Below, in pieces: positions 9,830 through 20,044 of a DNA stretch of 64,000 nt. Positions within the stretch are counted from its first letter, which is position 1. Each line of letters starts with the position of its first letter. Below the pieces are notes generated by a model that was not told the origin of the DNA, ran no database searches, and saw only the letters and a list, made by a program, of their open reading frames with translations. This stretch comes from Alphaproteobacteria bacterium (GTDB lineage: Bacteria; Pseudomonadota; Alphaproteobacteria; GCA-2731375). The position numbers and the translations under genes are program-made. The stretch spans positions 480,001 to 544,000 of the forward strand of contig CBDDBZ010000038.1 of NCBI GenBank assembly GCA_965225945.1, written 5' to 3'.

Positions 9830-10633
9830 ATGAGCGAGACCAAGACCGCGCCCCGCGCCTCGGGCTACGCCGCCAACCCGGACTACGACGTCCACTTCGA
9901 GCCCTGCCCGAAGCGGGTCCGTGTCTTCCTCGGCGGCGAGGCGATCGCCGATTCGACCGGGGTGATGCGGATGCACGAGACGGCGCACCTGCCAGTCTAC
10001 TACTTCCCGCGGCCCGACGTTCGCCTCGATCTGCTGAGTCCGAGCGAACATTCGACCTTCTGTCCCTACAAGGGCGAGGCGAGTTACTGGACCATCGGCG
10101 CCGGCGCGCAGCGAGCCGAGAACACGGTCTGGAGCTACCAGCAGCCGTTTCCCGAGACCGCCGAGATACGCGACTACATGGCCTTCTACTGGAATCGCAT
10201 AGACTCCTGGATGGAGGAGGACGAGGAGGTCTTCGTCCACGCCCGCGATCCCTATGTTCGCCTCGACGTGCTGCGAAGCCGGCGCCCGGTGGAGGTCCGC
10301 CATTATGGCCGCGCGCTCGCTCGCAGCGAGAACGCCCTCTTCCTCTTCGAGACCGGTCTGCCGACGCGCTACTATCTGCCGGCCGACGACGTCGACATGA
10401 CCCGCCTCGAGGCGACGGCGACGCGCAGCCGGTGTCCCTACAAGGGCGAGGCGATCCATTGGAGCCTGGTCGACGGCGAGAGCCGCGAGGAAGACCTGGT
10501 CTGGAGCTATCCCGACCCCCTGCCCGAGTGCGCTTCGATCAAGCACCGGCTCTGCTTCCCGCAGGAGCGGGTCGAGGCGATCCTGGTCGACGATGCACCG
10601 ATTGTGCGGCCGACGACGAAGCGGTCCAAGTGA
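9830..10633 (+). CDS. Tandem DUF427 domain protein
   Basis: Two copies of the YY.P...CPYKGEA.(Y/H)W...WSY motif. Confidence 0.85.
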   Translation: MSETKTAPRASGYAANPDYDVHFEPCPKRVRVFLGGEAIADSTGVMRMHETAHLPVYYFPRPDVRLDLLSPSEHSTFCPYKGEASYWTIGAGAQRAENTVWSYQQPFPETAEIRDYMAFYWNRIDSWMEEDEEVFVHARDPYVRLDVLRSRRPVEVRHYGRALARSENALFLFETGLPTRYYLPADDVDMTRLEATATRSRCPYKGEAIHWSLVDGESREEDLVWSYPDPLPECASIKHRLCFPQERVEAILVDDAPIVRPTTKRSK

Positions 10634-10646
10634 CGAGACCAGGCTA

Positions 10647-11906
10647 ATGGGCGACGTCGAGGCGGCGGCGCGAGCACTGCTTCGGGCGCTGTTCGACGCG
10701 GCGGTGGCCGCCGCCGACCCGGCCTTGGCGGTGCCGGGGCACCTGCCGCCGCCACCCCGGGGCCGCACGGTCGTCGTCGGCGCCGGCAAGGCGGCGGCCA
10801 GCATGGCGGCTGCGGTGGAGGGGGCATGGGACGGCCGGCTCTCCGGCCTGGTGGTCACCCGTTACGGCCACGCCGTGGCGACGGGCCGAATCGAGGTGGT
10901 CGAGGCCGCCCATCCGGTCCCCGACGCCCGCGGTCGCGATGCGGCCGGCCGGATTCTGCGCCTGGTCCGAGATCTGGGCGAGGACGATCTGGCCCTGGTG
11001 CTGATATCGGGCGGCGCCTCGGCCCTGCTGAGCCTGCCGGCGGACGGCCTGAGCCTGGCGGACAAGCAGGCGGTGAACCGCGATCTCCTGGCCTCGGGTG
11101 CGCCGATCGACGAGATGAACTGCGTCAGGAAGCACTTATCGGCGATCAAGGGTGGCCGGCTGGCCGAGGCGGCGGCGCCCGCGCGGGTGGTGACGCTGGC
11201 GATCTCCGACGTTCCCGGGGACGATCCGGCGGTGATCGGCTCTGGCCCCACGGTGGGCGATCCGACCACGGTGGCGGACGCGAAGCGGATCCTGGCGAAG
11301 TATGCGTTGACACCGCCCCCGGCGGTGCGCGCCTTTCTCGACGGCGGCGCGGCCGAGACGCCGAAGCCGGGCGCCGCCGAGCTCGCCCGGGCGGAGACCT
11401 ATGTGATCGCCGCCCCCGCCATGGCGCTGGAGGCGGCGGCGAAAGTGGCTCGGGCCGCCGGCTACGAGGTCGAGATCCTGGGCGATGCGTTGGAAGGCGA
11501 GGCGCGCGAGCTCGCCGCCGCGCACGCCGCGCTGGCCCGCCGCCGCTCGGGCGAGGCCAACCGGCTGGCCTTGCTGTCGGGCGGCGAGACCACGGTGACG
11601 GTGCGCGGCGAGGGGCGCGGTGGGCGCAACGCCGAATACCTGCTGGGCCTGGCCCTGGCGCTCGACGGCACGCCCGACATCCGCGCCATCGCCTGCGACA
11701 CCGACGGGATCGACGGCACCGAGGACAACGCCGGCGCGGTGATCGACCCCGAGACCGTGGCCCGAGCCCGCGCCCTCGGCCTCGATGCCCGCGCGGCGCT
11801 CGAGCGGAACGATGCCTATTCGATCTTCCAAGCCCTCGGCGACCTGGTCGTCACCGGCCCGACGTTGACCAACGTGAACGACTTTCGCGCCATTCTGGTT
11901 CGCTGA
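10647..11906 (+). CDS. Glycerate 2-kinase (TtuD/MOFRL family)
   Basis: GAGKAAASMA, EAAHPVPD, ISGGASAL, SGGETTV, GGRN, TDGIDG, TGPTLTNVND. Confidence 0.92.
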   Translation: MGDVEAAARALLRALFDAAVAAADPALAVPGHLPPPPRGRTVVVGAGKAAASMAAAVEGAWDGRLSGLVVTRYGHAVATGRIEVVEAAHPVPDARGRDAAGRILRLVRDLGEDDLALVLISGGASALLSLPADGLSLADKQAVNRDLLASGAPIDEMNCVRKHLSAIKGGRLAEAAAPARVVTLAISDVPGDDPAVIGSGPTVGDPTTVADAKRILAKYALTPPPAVRAFLDGGAAETPKPGAAELARAETYVIAAPAMALEAAAKVARAAGYEVEILGDALEGEARELAAAHAALARRRSGEANRLALLSGGETTVTVRGEGRGGRNAEYLLGLALALDGTPDIRAIACDTDGIDGTEDNAGAVIDPETVARARALGLDARAALERNDAYSIFQALGDLVVTGPTLTNVNDFRAILVR

Positions 11907-11976
11907 AGCTGGTAAGTTGGCAGCCGAATGGGCGGAGTCGTCGACTCCGTCCCGAATGGTATCGGAGGTCCGGCCG

Positions 11977-13398
11977 ATGCGCCGCCGACGCAATACCAAG
12001 ATCCTCGCCACCCTCGGCCCCGCGAGTTCGTCGCCCGAGACCATCCGCCGCCTGTTCGAGGCGGGCGCGGATGCCTTCCGCCTCAATTTCAGCCACGGCG
12101 GGCCGGAGGATCACGAGGCCCTGGTCGCGATCATCCGCGCCTTGGAAAGCGAGGTCGGCCGGCCGATCGCCATCGTTGCCGACCTGCAGGGCCCCAAGAT
12201 CCGGGTCGGTCGGATGACCGACGGCGGGGCGATGCTGGAAACGGGGAAGCGCTTCCGCCTCGACCTCGAGGCGAATCCGGGCACCAGGCGCCGCGCGCCG
12301 CTGCCGCATCGCGAGGTCTTCGAGGCCCTGCAGCGCGGCCACGAGCTGCTGCTCGACGATGGGCGCATCCGTCTCCGGGTGGAGCGGATCGGCGACGGCT
12401 TCGCCGAAACTCGGGTCATCGTCGGCGGTCGCTTGAGCGACCGCAAGGGCGTCAACCTGCCGGATAGCGTCGTCTCGCTTTCCGCGCTGACGGAGAAGGA
12501 TCGCCGCGATCTCTCGCTGGCGCTGGATCTCGGCGCCGACTGGATCGCCCTCAGCTTCGTCCAGCGGGCCGACGACGTGGCCGAGGCACGCCGTCTGATC
12601 GCCGGCCGCGCGGCGGTGATGGCGAAGATCGAGAAGCCGGCGGCACTCAGCCGGATCGACGACATCGTCGAGCTGGCGGACGCGATCATGGTGGCGCGCG
12701 GCGATCTCGGCGTCGAACTACCGGTGGCCGAGGTGCCGGGGGCACAGAAGCGCCTGGTCCGCCTGGCGCGGCGCATGGGCAAACCGGTCGTGGTGGCGAC
12801 GCAGATGCTGGAGAGCATGGTGCATCTGCCGGTGCCGACCCGGGCCGAGGTTTCGGACGTCGCCACCGCCGTCTACGACGGCGCCGACGCGGTGATGCTG
12901 TCGGCCGAAACGGCGGTGGGCGAGAATCCGGTGGCGGCGGTCGAGGTGATGAACCGGGTGGCGGAGGAGGTGGAGTCGGATCCGCTCCATCGCTCGATCA
13001 TGGACGCGGTGCATTTTGAACCGGAGGCGACGGCCGCCGACGCGATCACGCTGGCCGCGCGCCAAGTCGCGGAGACGATCTCGGCGCGCGCCATCGTCAC
13101 CTATACGACCTCCGGCTCGACCGCGCTCCGCGCGTCGCGCGAGCGGCCGCGGGTACCGATCCTGGTGCTGACGCCGAGGCTCGATACCGCGCGCCGCCTG
13201 TCGCTCGCTTGGGGTCTCCATTGCGTGCGGACGGAGGATGCCAGCGACTTCATCGACATGGTCGACAAAGCCTGCCGATTGGCCCGACGCGAAGCCTTCG
13301 CCGAACCGGGGGAGAGCCTGGTGACCACGGCCGGCGTTCCCTTCGGTACGCCGGGCGCCACCAACACGCTCAGGATCGCCTGGGTCCCCGACGACTGA
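11977..13398 (+). CDS. pyk: Pyruvate kinase
   Basis: TKILATLGPAS, FRLNFSHG, DLQGPKIR, MVARGDLGVE, ATQMLESM, PTRAEVSD. Confidence 0.96.
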   Translation: MRRRRNTKILATLGPASSSPETIRRLFEAGADAFRLNFSHGGPEDHEALVAIIRALESEVGRPIAIVADLQGPKIRVGRMTDGGAMLETGKRFRLDLEANPGTRRRAPLPHREVFEALQRGHELLLDDGRIRLRVERIGDGFAETRVIVGGRLSDRKGVNLPDSVVSLSALTEKDRRDLSLALDLGADWIALSFVQRADDVAEARRLIAGRAAVMAKIEKPAALSRIDDIVELADAIMVARGDLGVELPVAEVPGAQKRLVRLARRMGKPVVVATQMLESMVHLPVPTRAEVSDVATAVYDGADAVMLSAETAVGENPVAAVEVMNRVAEEVESDPLHRSIMDAVHFEPEATAADAITLAARQVAETISARAIVTYTTSGSTALRASRERPRVPILVLTPRLDTARRLSLAWGLHCVRTEDASDFIDMVDKACRLARREAFAEPGESLVTTAGVPFGTPGATNTLRIAWVPDD

Positions 13399-13471
13399 TT
13401 CAGCCACGCGACGGTTGGTCGCGCATCGGTCCCTCGGCTTCGCCGTTCGAAGAAAATTATTTGCCGGCAGC

Positions 13472-14278
13472 TCAACTTCCGCCGGGTTGCATCGTTTCGA
13501 CCAGCGCCGTCGCCAGCCGTTCGACGTCGCCCGCCGCCTCGCTGACGGGATAACGGGTGAACAACGGTGCCTGGTGGCGGATGGCCTCGCGAACCTTCGG
13601 ATCGCGCCGCACGACGCCCAGCAGCGGCGGCGTGATCGCGAGAAAGTTGTGGCAGGCGTTGGCCAGCGCGGCATAGGTTCGCTCGCCGGTCCGTGTCGTC
13701 TCCGCCATGTTTACGACCACGCGGATGGAGGCCTTGGGATTGTCCCTGAGCGTCAGCTTGATCAGGGCATAGGCGTCGGTGAGCGAGGTCGGCTCGTCGG
13801 TGACTATCGCCAGCAGCGGTCCACCGCCCTGGATCAACGCCCGAGCCGGGCCGTCGATGCCGGCGCCGAGGTCGAGCACGACCCATTGGTAACGGCCGGC
13901 AATCTGGCCGAGCGCGCGCCCCAGATTGGCAACCGCCTCGGCGCCGAGGTCGGCGAGCGCGCCGGAGCCCGACTTGCCGGCGACGACGTCGAACGAGCCC
14001 TCCGCGTAGTGGGTGATCGCCTCCTCGATCTCGATCCGACCCTCGACCGCGTCGACGATGCCGTGACGCAAATCGAGGTTGAGCTGAACGTCGACGTTGG
14101 CGAGCCCCAGGTCGCCGTCGAACAGCAGCGTGCGGGTGCCCATGCGGGCCAGCGCATGGGACAGCGTGATGGCGAGCCAGGTCTTGCCGACCCCGCCCTT
14201 GCCGGAGGCGATGGAGACGATGTGTCGCTCGCTAGCGACGCTCCGGGGGTGATCGGTTTGGCGCGATGGACTTCTCAT
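13472..14278 (-). CDS. flhG: FlhG/FleN MinD-like ATPase
   Basis: SGKGGVGKT, DGDLGLAN, DLGAG, EPTSLTDAYALIK; directly follows flhF. Confidence 0.85.
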   Translation of the reverse strand: MRSPSRQTDHPRSVASERHIVSIASGKGGVGKTWLAITLSHALARMGTRTLLFDGDLGLANVDVQLNLDLRHGIVDAVEGRIEIEEAITHYAEGSFDVVAGKSGSGALADLGAEAVANLGRALGQIAGRYQWVVLDLGAGIDGPARALIQGGGPLLAIVTDEPTSLTDAYALIKLTLRDNPKASIRVVVNMAETTRTGERTYAALANACHNFLAITPPLLGVVRRDPKVREAIRHQAPLFTRYPVSEAAGDVERLATALVETMQPGGS

Positions 14279-15249
14279 GTCTCGAGGCTCTCCAGTGGGG
14301 CAATCCGGTCTTCGGCGCACGGATCGTGGCAAAAGACGCGGGCCAGGGCGGCCGCGTCGGGACGGCGCAGCCCTCGGGGGATGGAGGGCGTGATCCCGAC
14401 TTCGGCGAGGGCAAGGTCGCCGGCGTCGGCGGCGGACAGCAGAGCGCCCAGGCGGCGGGCCGCGTCGATGCGGGTCACGACCAAGTGGCGGCAGCCGAGG
14501 CGGGCGAATATCCTCGCCGTTTCCGCCGCCTCGAGCGCGTCGGTGCCCGCCGCCAATACCAGCACCGGGCGCGTCGGCGCGGCGTTGAGAAATCCCGCGA
14601 GGTCGTCGAGCTCGCGGCTCTCGAAGGGATTGGTGCCGGGCGTGTCGACGATCGTCGGCGGACCCGAAGCGCCCTCGGTCAGGATTTGACGGAACAGCTT
14701 CGGCGTCTTGGCGGTGGCGATCGGCTGCTCCAGGATGCCCGCGAAGGCCGCCAGTTGCGCGACCGCGCCGGCACGCAGCGTATCGGTGGTCAACAGTCGC
14801 GCGGTCTCGCCGGCAAGCACGCGGCGGGCGGCGAGCTTGGCCGCGGTCGAGGTCTTGCCGGCCCCGCTGGGCCCGACCAGGACCAGTGGACGCTCGGCCT
14901 CCGGCTCCGGTGCCTCGAAGGCGATCCGACGCTCGAGCGCGCCCGCGAGCGCGTCCGTAGACTCTGTTTTGCCCAGTCGGTCGGCCGTGCGGATCAGGCG
15001 CACCGACAGCTCGCCCGGAACGCCGTGATAGTCGAGGTAGGGGCCGAGCGTCTCGGCGAGGCACGAGGACGGCGGGGCGGTGGCGGGCTCGCGAGTCGCG
15101 CGACTGTCGTCGACACCTGCCGTTACTCGGACGCCCTGGCCACGAGCGCTGTCGTGGGTCGAGAGGATGACCGCGTCCTCGCCCAGGATCTCGCGCACCT
15201 GGGTCATCGCCTCGCGCATGGTCGCCGCTGTAAAGGTTCTGAGACGCAT
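14275..15249 (-). CDS. flhF: Flagellar SRP-family GTPase FlhF
   Basis: MRLRTFTAATMREAM N-terminus, GPSGAGKT, DTLRAGA, DTPG, TRID. Confidence 0.88.
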   Translation of the reverse strand: MRLRTFTAATMREAMTQVREILGEDAVILSTHDSARGQGVRVTAGVDDSRATREPATAPPSSCLAETLGPYLDYHGVPGELSVRLIRTADRLGKTESTDALAGALERRIAFEAPEPEAERPLVLVGPSGAGKTSTAAKLAARRVLAGETARLLTTDTLRAGAVAQLAAFAGILEQPIATAKTPKLFRQILTEGASGPPTIVDTPGTNPFESRELDDLAGFLNAAPTRPVLVLAAGTDALEAAETARIFARLGCRHLVVTRIDAARRLGALLSAADAGDLALAEVGITPSIPRGLRRPDAAALARVFCHDPCAEDRIAPLESLET

Positions 15250-15262
15250 TCCGCCGATCCCC

Positions 15263-17380
15263 TCAGATCTGTGCCATGGTGCGAATCTTCGCCTGCGGGT
15301 GAATTTCGCTCTGCGACAGCACGGCGATGGTGGGACGGAAGCGCTCGATGATCGAGCGGACGAAGGGCCGTGCCGCGGGGCTGGTCAACAGCACGGGTGT
15401 CTCGCCGCGCATCGCCAGATCGTCGAGCACGCCGCGCACCCGGGCGATGAAGTCCTGTAGCCGGCTCGGCGCCATCGCGAGCTGCTGCTCACCGGGCTGA
15501 CCGACGATGGCCTCCGCGAAGCTCTGCTCCCACTCCGAGGAGAGCGTGACCAATGGGATATGGCCGGCGGGCGAGGTGTGCACCTGGCTGATCTGTCGGG
15601 CAAGCCGCGCGCGAACGTGCTCGGCGATCGGAATCACGCCCTGCGAGAAGCTGAGCGCCTCCGCCACGCCCTCGAGGATCGTCGGCAGATCACGGATCGA
15701 GATTCGCTCGGCCAACAGGCGCTGGAGCACGCGCTGCAAGGCCGCGACCGAGATCTGCGAGGGCACGAGATCGTCGACCAGCTTCTTGTGCTCCTCGCCG
15801 AGCTCGTCGAGCAGACGCTGCGTTGCGGCATAGGACAGCAGCTCCGCCATGTTCTCCTTGATCACCTCGGTCAGGTGCGTGGTCATCACGGTGGCCGGAT
15901 CGACCACCGTGTAGCCGTGGAAGGCGGCTTCCTCGCGGAGCGATTCCTCGACCCACATCGCCGGCAGGCCGAAGGTGGGCTCCGTCGTCGTTTCGCCCGG
16001 CAGCGTCAGCTCGGCGCCACGCGGATCCATGATCAGCAGCTTGTCCGTGCGGACCTCGCCGCGCGCGGTCTCGACCTCCTTGACCCGGATCGCGTAGCTG
16101 CTGCTCGGAAGCTGCATGTTGTCGAGAATGCGCACCGAGGGCATGACGAAACCCATGTCGCTGGCGATCTGGCGACGTAGCGCCTTGATCTGGTCGGTCA
16201 GGCGATAGCCACGCGCGTCGTTGATCAGCGGCAGCGGGCCATAACCCATCTCGACCCTGAGATCGTCGATCGCGAGCGCCGAGGAGATCGGCTCCTCGGG
16301 TGGCGGTGGCATCTCCGCCTCGTGGGCCGCCACCGCCTCCTTGGCCGCGGCCTCGCGATTTTGCGTGACGCGCCAGGCGGCCACCCCCAACACGCTCGCG
16401 ACGGCGAGGAAGGGCAACATCGGGATGCCGGGCAACACGCTCAGCGCCAGCAGCAGGCCGGCGCTGAGCATGATCGCCTTCGGATAGCCGCCCATTTGGT
16501 TCAACAGCGCCTTGTCGGTCGGTCCGGTGACGCCCCCCTTGGAGACCAGAAGGCCGGCCGCCGTGGAGACGATCAGGGCGGGAATTTGCGAGACCAGACC
16601 ATCGCCCACGGTCAACATCGTGTAGGTGGCCGAGGCCTCGGCGAAGCTCAGATCCATCTGCGCGACGCCGATGATGATGCCGCCGATAATGTTGATGAAG
16701 GTGATCAGCAGGCCGGCGATCGCATCGCCCCGAACGAACTTGGCGGCCCCGTCCATGGCGCCGTAGAAGGTGCTCTCGTCCTCGAGCTGGCGGCGCCGGG
16801 CGCGCGCCTGGTCCTCGCTGATCAGGCCGGCCGAGAGATCGGCGTCGATCGCCATCTGCTTGCCGGGCATGGCATCGAGCGTGAAGCGCGCCGCCACTTC
16901 GGCGATCCGGCCCGAACCCTTGGTGATGACGACGAAGTTCACGATCACCAGGATCGCGAAGACGATGATGCCGATGACGAAGTTACCGCCCATGACGAAG
17001 CCGCCGAAGGCTTCGATGACCCGGCCAGCGGCATCGGTGCCTTCGTGGCCCTCGGAGAGCATCAGCCGCGTCGAGGCCATGTTGAGCGCCAGGCGCAGCA
17101 TGGTGGCGAGCAACAACACCGTCGGAAAGACGCTGAATTCCAGCGGCGTCTGGATGAACAGGCAGGTCATCAGGATCAGCACCGAGAACGTGATCGAGAT
17201 GGCGAGCGAGAAGTCGAGCAGCCAGCTCGGCATCGGCAGGATCAGCACGACCAGGATCGCCGCCACGCCAAGGGCGAGTGCGACGTCGCTCTGCGGCAGG
17301 TGGCGGAGATAGGGGGCGAGGAAATCCAGCGGCCCGACGGCGCCCTTGCTCTCGCGATTCGGCTCCATGCTCTCACTCAT
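15263..17380 (-). CDS. flhA: Flagellar export gate protein FlhA
   Basis: RIAEVAARFTLDAMPGKQMAIDADL, FYGAMDGAAKFVRGDAIAG. Confidence 0.97.
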   Translation of the reverse strand: MSESMEPNRESKGAVGPLDFLAPYLRHLPQSDVALALGVAAILVVLILPMPSWLLDFSLAISITFSVLILMTCLFIQTPLEFSVFPTVLLLATMLRLALNMASTRLMLSEGHEGTDAAGRVIEAFGGFVMGGNFVIGIIVFAILVIVNFVVITKGSGRIAEVAARFTLDAMPGKQMAIDADLSAGLISEDQARARRRQLEDESTFYGAMDGAAKFVRGDAIAGLLITFINIIGGIIIGVAQMDLSFAEASATYTMLTVGDGLVSQIPALIVSTAAGLLVSKGGVTGPTDKALLNQMGGYPKAIMLSAGLLLALSVLPGIPMLPFLAVASVLGVAAWRVTQNREAAAKEAVAAHEAEMPPPPEEPISSALAIDDLRVEMGYGPLPLINDARGYRLTDQIKALRRQIASDMGFVMPSVRILDNMQLPSSSYAIRVKEVETARGEVRTDKLLIMDPRGAELTLPGETTTEPTFGLPAMWVEESLREEAAFHGYTVVDPATVMTTHLTEVIKENMAELLSYAATQRLLDELGEEHKKLVDDLVPSQISVAALQRVLQRLLAERISIRDLPTILEGVAEALSFSQGVIPIAEHVRARLARQISQVHTSPAGHIPLVTLSSEWEQSFAEAIVGQPGEQQLAMAPSRLQDFIARVRGVLDDLAMRGETPVLLTSPAARPFVRSIIERFRPTIAVLSQSEIHPQAKIRTMAQI

Positions 17381-17399
17381 GATCGTTCAGCCTCGATCC

Positions 17400-18779
17400 T
17401 CAGGCCGGCGCGCTCCGCGCCTCGCCCGGCGAGGGCACGCGAACCCCATCGTCGCCGTATTGGCGAAGCTTGTTGCGCAAGGTGCGGATTGAGATGCCGA
17501 GAATGTTGGCGGCATGCGTGCGGTTGCCGATGCAGTGGTAGAGCGTGTCGATGATCAGGTCGCGCTCGACGTCGGCCACGGTACGGCCGACCAGCGCCTG
17601 GGTGACGGCCTCGCCGTCCTCCTCGGCGAGGACGGCTTCGCACGCGCCCACCTCGGCGCGGGGCGCCACTGTCGAGCGGCGGCCGTCGGGCGTCAGAATC
17701 GCCTCGGGTTCGATGGTATCGCCGTTCGACAGCAAGACCGCGCGGTGCATCATGTTCTCGAGCTCGCGAACATTGCCGGGCCAGGCCTGGCGGGTCAGCA
17801 GGTCGATGGTGGCCGGCGCCAACAGGCGCTCGGGAACCCCGTTCGCCTCGGCGTATTTGGCGGCGAAATGGCGCGCCAGCAGGGCGACGTCGCGCGGTCG
17901 ACCCCTGAGCGGTGGCAGCTGCAGGTTGACCACGTTCAAGCGGAACAGCAGATCCTCGCGGAAGGCGCCGTTGCGCGCCGCCTCGGCGAGGTCGCGGTTG
18001 GAGGTGGCGATGAAGCGGATGTCGACCGGGATCGGCCGTCCGCCTCCGACCCGGTCGATCTCGCGTTCCTGGATCGCGCGCAACAGCTTGGCTTGAAGCC
18101 GGGGCTCCATCTCGCTGATCTCGTCAAAGAGAAGGGTGCCACCGTCCGCCTCCTCGAACTTGCCGATACGGCGCGCGACGGCGCCCGTGAAGGCCCCCTT
18201 CTCATGACCGAAGAGCTCGCTTTCCAGCAAGTTGTCGGGGATCGCGGCGCAGTTGACCGAGACGAAGGTATTGCGGGTCCGGCGGCTCTTGCGATGGAGG
18301 TAGCGGGCCATCACCTCCTTGCCGGTGCCGGATTCGCCGGTGATCAGGATGCTCGCCTCGCTCGGCGCCACCTGCTCGGCGAGCCGCACCACCTCGCGCA
18401 TCGACTCGTCCTCGTACAGGAGCGCGTAATTCTCTTCGGCCACCGCCTCCAGCACGGCGGCGATCAGCGCCGGCTCGGGCGGAAGCGGCAGGTATTCCTT
18501 GGCTCCGGCGCGGATCGCGGCACTGGCGGCTTGCGGGTCGGCGCCGACGCCACAGGCCACGACCGAGATGTTGAAGCGTTCGCTGGCCAGGTTCTCGACG
18601 AAGCCGCGGATGTCCTGGCCGACCTCCATCAACACCAGATCGGCACCGCGTCCGCCGCGCAGCTCGCCGAGCGCGATCGCCGGCGTCTCCGCGTGTGCCA
18701 CCTTGGCACCCCGGCGCATGGCGATTTGGGTCGCCGCGACGACTTGGCCTTCCAACGAGCCGATGATCAGTAAACGCAT
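17400..18779 (-). CDS. flbD: Sigma54-dependent flagellar activator FlbD
   Basis: MRLLIIGSLEGQ N-terminus, GESGTGKE, GAFTGA, WPGNVRELEN, C-terminal GNRTHAANILGISIRTLRNKL HTH. Confidence 0.92.
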   Translation of the reverse strand: MRLLIIGSLEGQVVAATQIAMRRGAKVAHAETPAIALGELRGGRGADLVLMEVGQDIRGFVENLASERFNISVVACGVGADPQAASAAIRAGAKEYLPLPPEPALIAAVLEAVAEENYALLYEDESMREVVRLAEQVAPSEASILITGESGTGKEVMARYLHRKSRRTRNTFVSVNCAAIPDNLLESELFGHEKGAFTGAVARRIGKFEEADGGTLLFDEISEMEPRLQAKLLRAIQEREIDRVGGGRPIPVDIRFIATSNRDLAEAARNGAFREDLLFRLNVVNLQLPPLRGRPRDVALLARHFAAKYAEANGVPERLLAPATIDLLTRQAWPGNVRELENMMHRAVLLSNGDTIEPEAILTPDGRRSTVAPRAEVGACEAVLAEEDGEAVTQALVGRTVADVERDLIIDTLYHCIGNRTHAANILGISIRTLRNKLRQYGDDGVRVPSPGEARSAPA

Positions 18780-18799
18780 TCCGTGAACTCCCGGATCTC

Positions 18800-19582
18800 T
18801 TAGTCGTAGACGTGGAGCCGCTTCGTCGGCGGCAGCTGGGTATTGAGCAGGATCTCGAGCCGGCGCGGGTTCTCCTGTCGGCCGATGGAGCCGGCGCCGA
18901 GCAGATAGAAGTTCTGCAACAGCGATTCCTCAGAGGAATTTCGCTCCAGCTTGGAGGCGATCGGTCCGAACACCATGTTGGACAGAATGGCGCCATAGAA
19001 GGTTGTGAGTAGCGCCACGGCCATGGAGGGGCCGATGGTCGAGGGGTCGTCGAGGCTGCCCAGCATCCGCACCAGGCCGATCAGGGTCCCGATCAGGCCC
19101 ATCGCCGGCGCCACCTCGGCCGCCTTGCGGAAGACGCTGGCGCTCTTTTCGTGGCGGGTCGTCATCGCCATCAGCTCGTGGCGCATGATACGATCGAGAT
19201 CCTCGCCCGGCGTGCCGTCGACGACCAGGCTCAATGCCTTGTGAAGAAACGGTTCCGCGCCGAGCTGTCGGAGTCTGGATTCCAACCCCAGCACGCCGTC
19301 GCGGCGCGCCAGCTCCGCCAGCTCGACCAACCGATAGGCGGTCTGGGCGGGGTCGGGCAGGCGATGGAAGACGGTCTTCGCCATCACCATCTGGGCTCGG
19401 GCGATATCCTCCAGCGAAAAACACACCATGGTCACGGCGAAGGTCCCGCCGAGTACGATCAGCAGCGAGGAGAGGTCGAAGAAAGCCGCCGGCGCGCCGC
19501 CCAGAACCATGGCGGTGACTAAAAGCCCGAAACCCGACAGCAGGCCGAGCACGGTCGCGAAATCGAAACCATTATGTCGCAT
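18800..19582 (-). CDS. motA: Flagellar stator MotA/PomA
   Basis: APAMGLIGTLIGLVRML, IGPSMAVALLTTFYG, ENPR. Confidence 0.88.
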   Translation of the reverse strand: MRHNGFDFATVLGLLSGFGLLVTAMVLGGAPAAFFDLSSLLIVLGGTFAVTMVCFSLEDIARAQMVMAKTVFHRLPDPAQTAYRLVELAELARRDGVLGLESRLRQLGAEPFLHKALSLVVDGTPGEDLDRIMRHELMAMTTRHEKSASVFRKAAEVAPAMGLIGTLIGLVRMLGSLDDPSTIGPSMAVALLTTFYGAILSNMVFGPIASKLERNSSEESLLQNFYLLGAGSIGRQENPRRLEILLNTQLPPTKRLHVYD

Positions 19583-19615
19583 GCGTTGGCCCTCCGCGTA
19601 TCCGGCCCGCTGGCA

Positions 19616-20044
19616 TCAACCTTGGTCGCCCTTGATGATTTCGGTCATCGTCACCCCGAGCTGGTTCTCGACGATCACCACCTCGCCGCGGGCGACGAGG
19701 CGATCGTTGACGTAGATGTCGATCGCCTCGCCGACCTTCCGATCGAGTTCGATCACCGCGCCCCGACCGAGCTTCAGGAGCGAACTCACCTGCATCTTCG
19801 ACTTGCCCAGCACCGCCGAGACATGGACCGGGATGTCGTAGACCGCCGCGAGATCGGCGGCGGTGCGAATCGTGTCCGTCTCCTCGATCGCCTCGAGCCC
19901 CGGCGTCGTGCCGTCGGCCTCGGGCGTCGCGCCGTCGGCCTCGGGCGCCGCGCCGTCGGCCTCGGGCTCCGCCCCGGCCGCCGCCGGCGCGGCGTCCGTG
20001 CTCAGATCCTCGAGGGTGAGACTGTCCTCGTCTTCGCTCATCAC
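19616..20044 (-). CDS. fliN: Flagellar motor switch FliN
   Basis: VYDIPVHVSAVLG, LDRKVGEAIDIYVNDRLVARGEVV. Confidence 0.93.
   Translation of the reverse strand: MMSEDEDSLTLEDLSTDAAPAAAGAEPEADGAAPEADGATPEADGTTPGLEAIEETDTIRTAADLAAVYDIPVHVSAVLGKSKMQVSSLLKLGRGAVIELDRKVGEAIDIYVNDRLVARGEVVIVENQLGVTMTEIIKGDQG
19901..19967. repeat. In-frame 21-bp tandem repeat (about 3 copies) in the fliN N-terminal linker
   Basis: Encodes EADGAAP-EADGATP-EADGTTP. Confidence 0.8.
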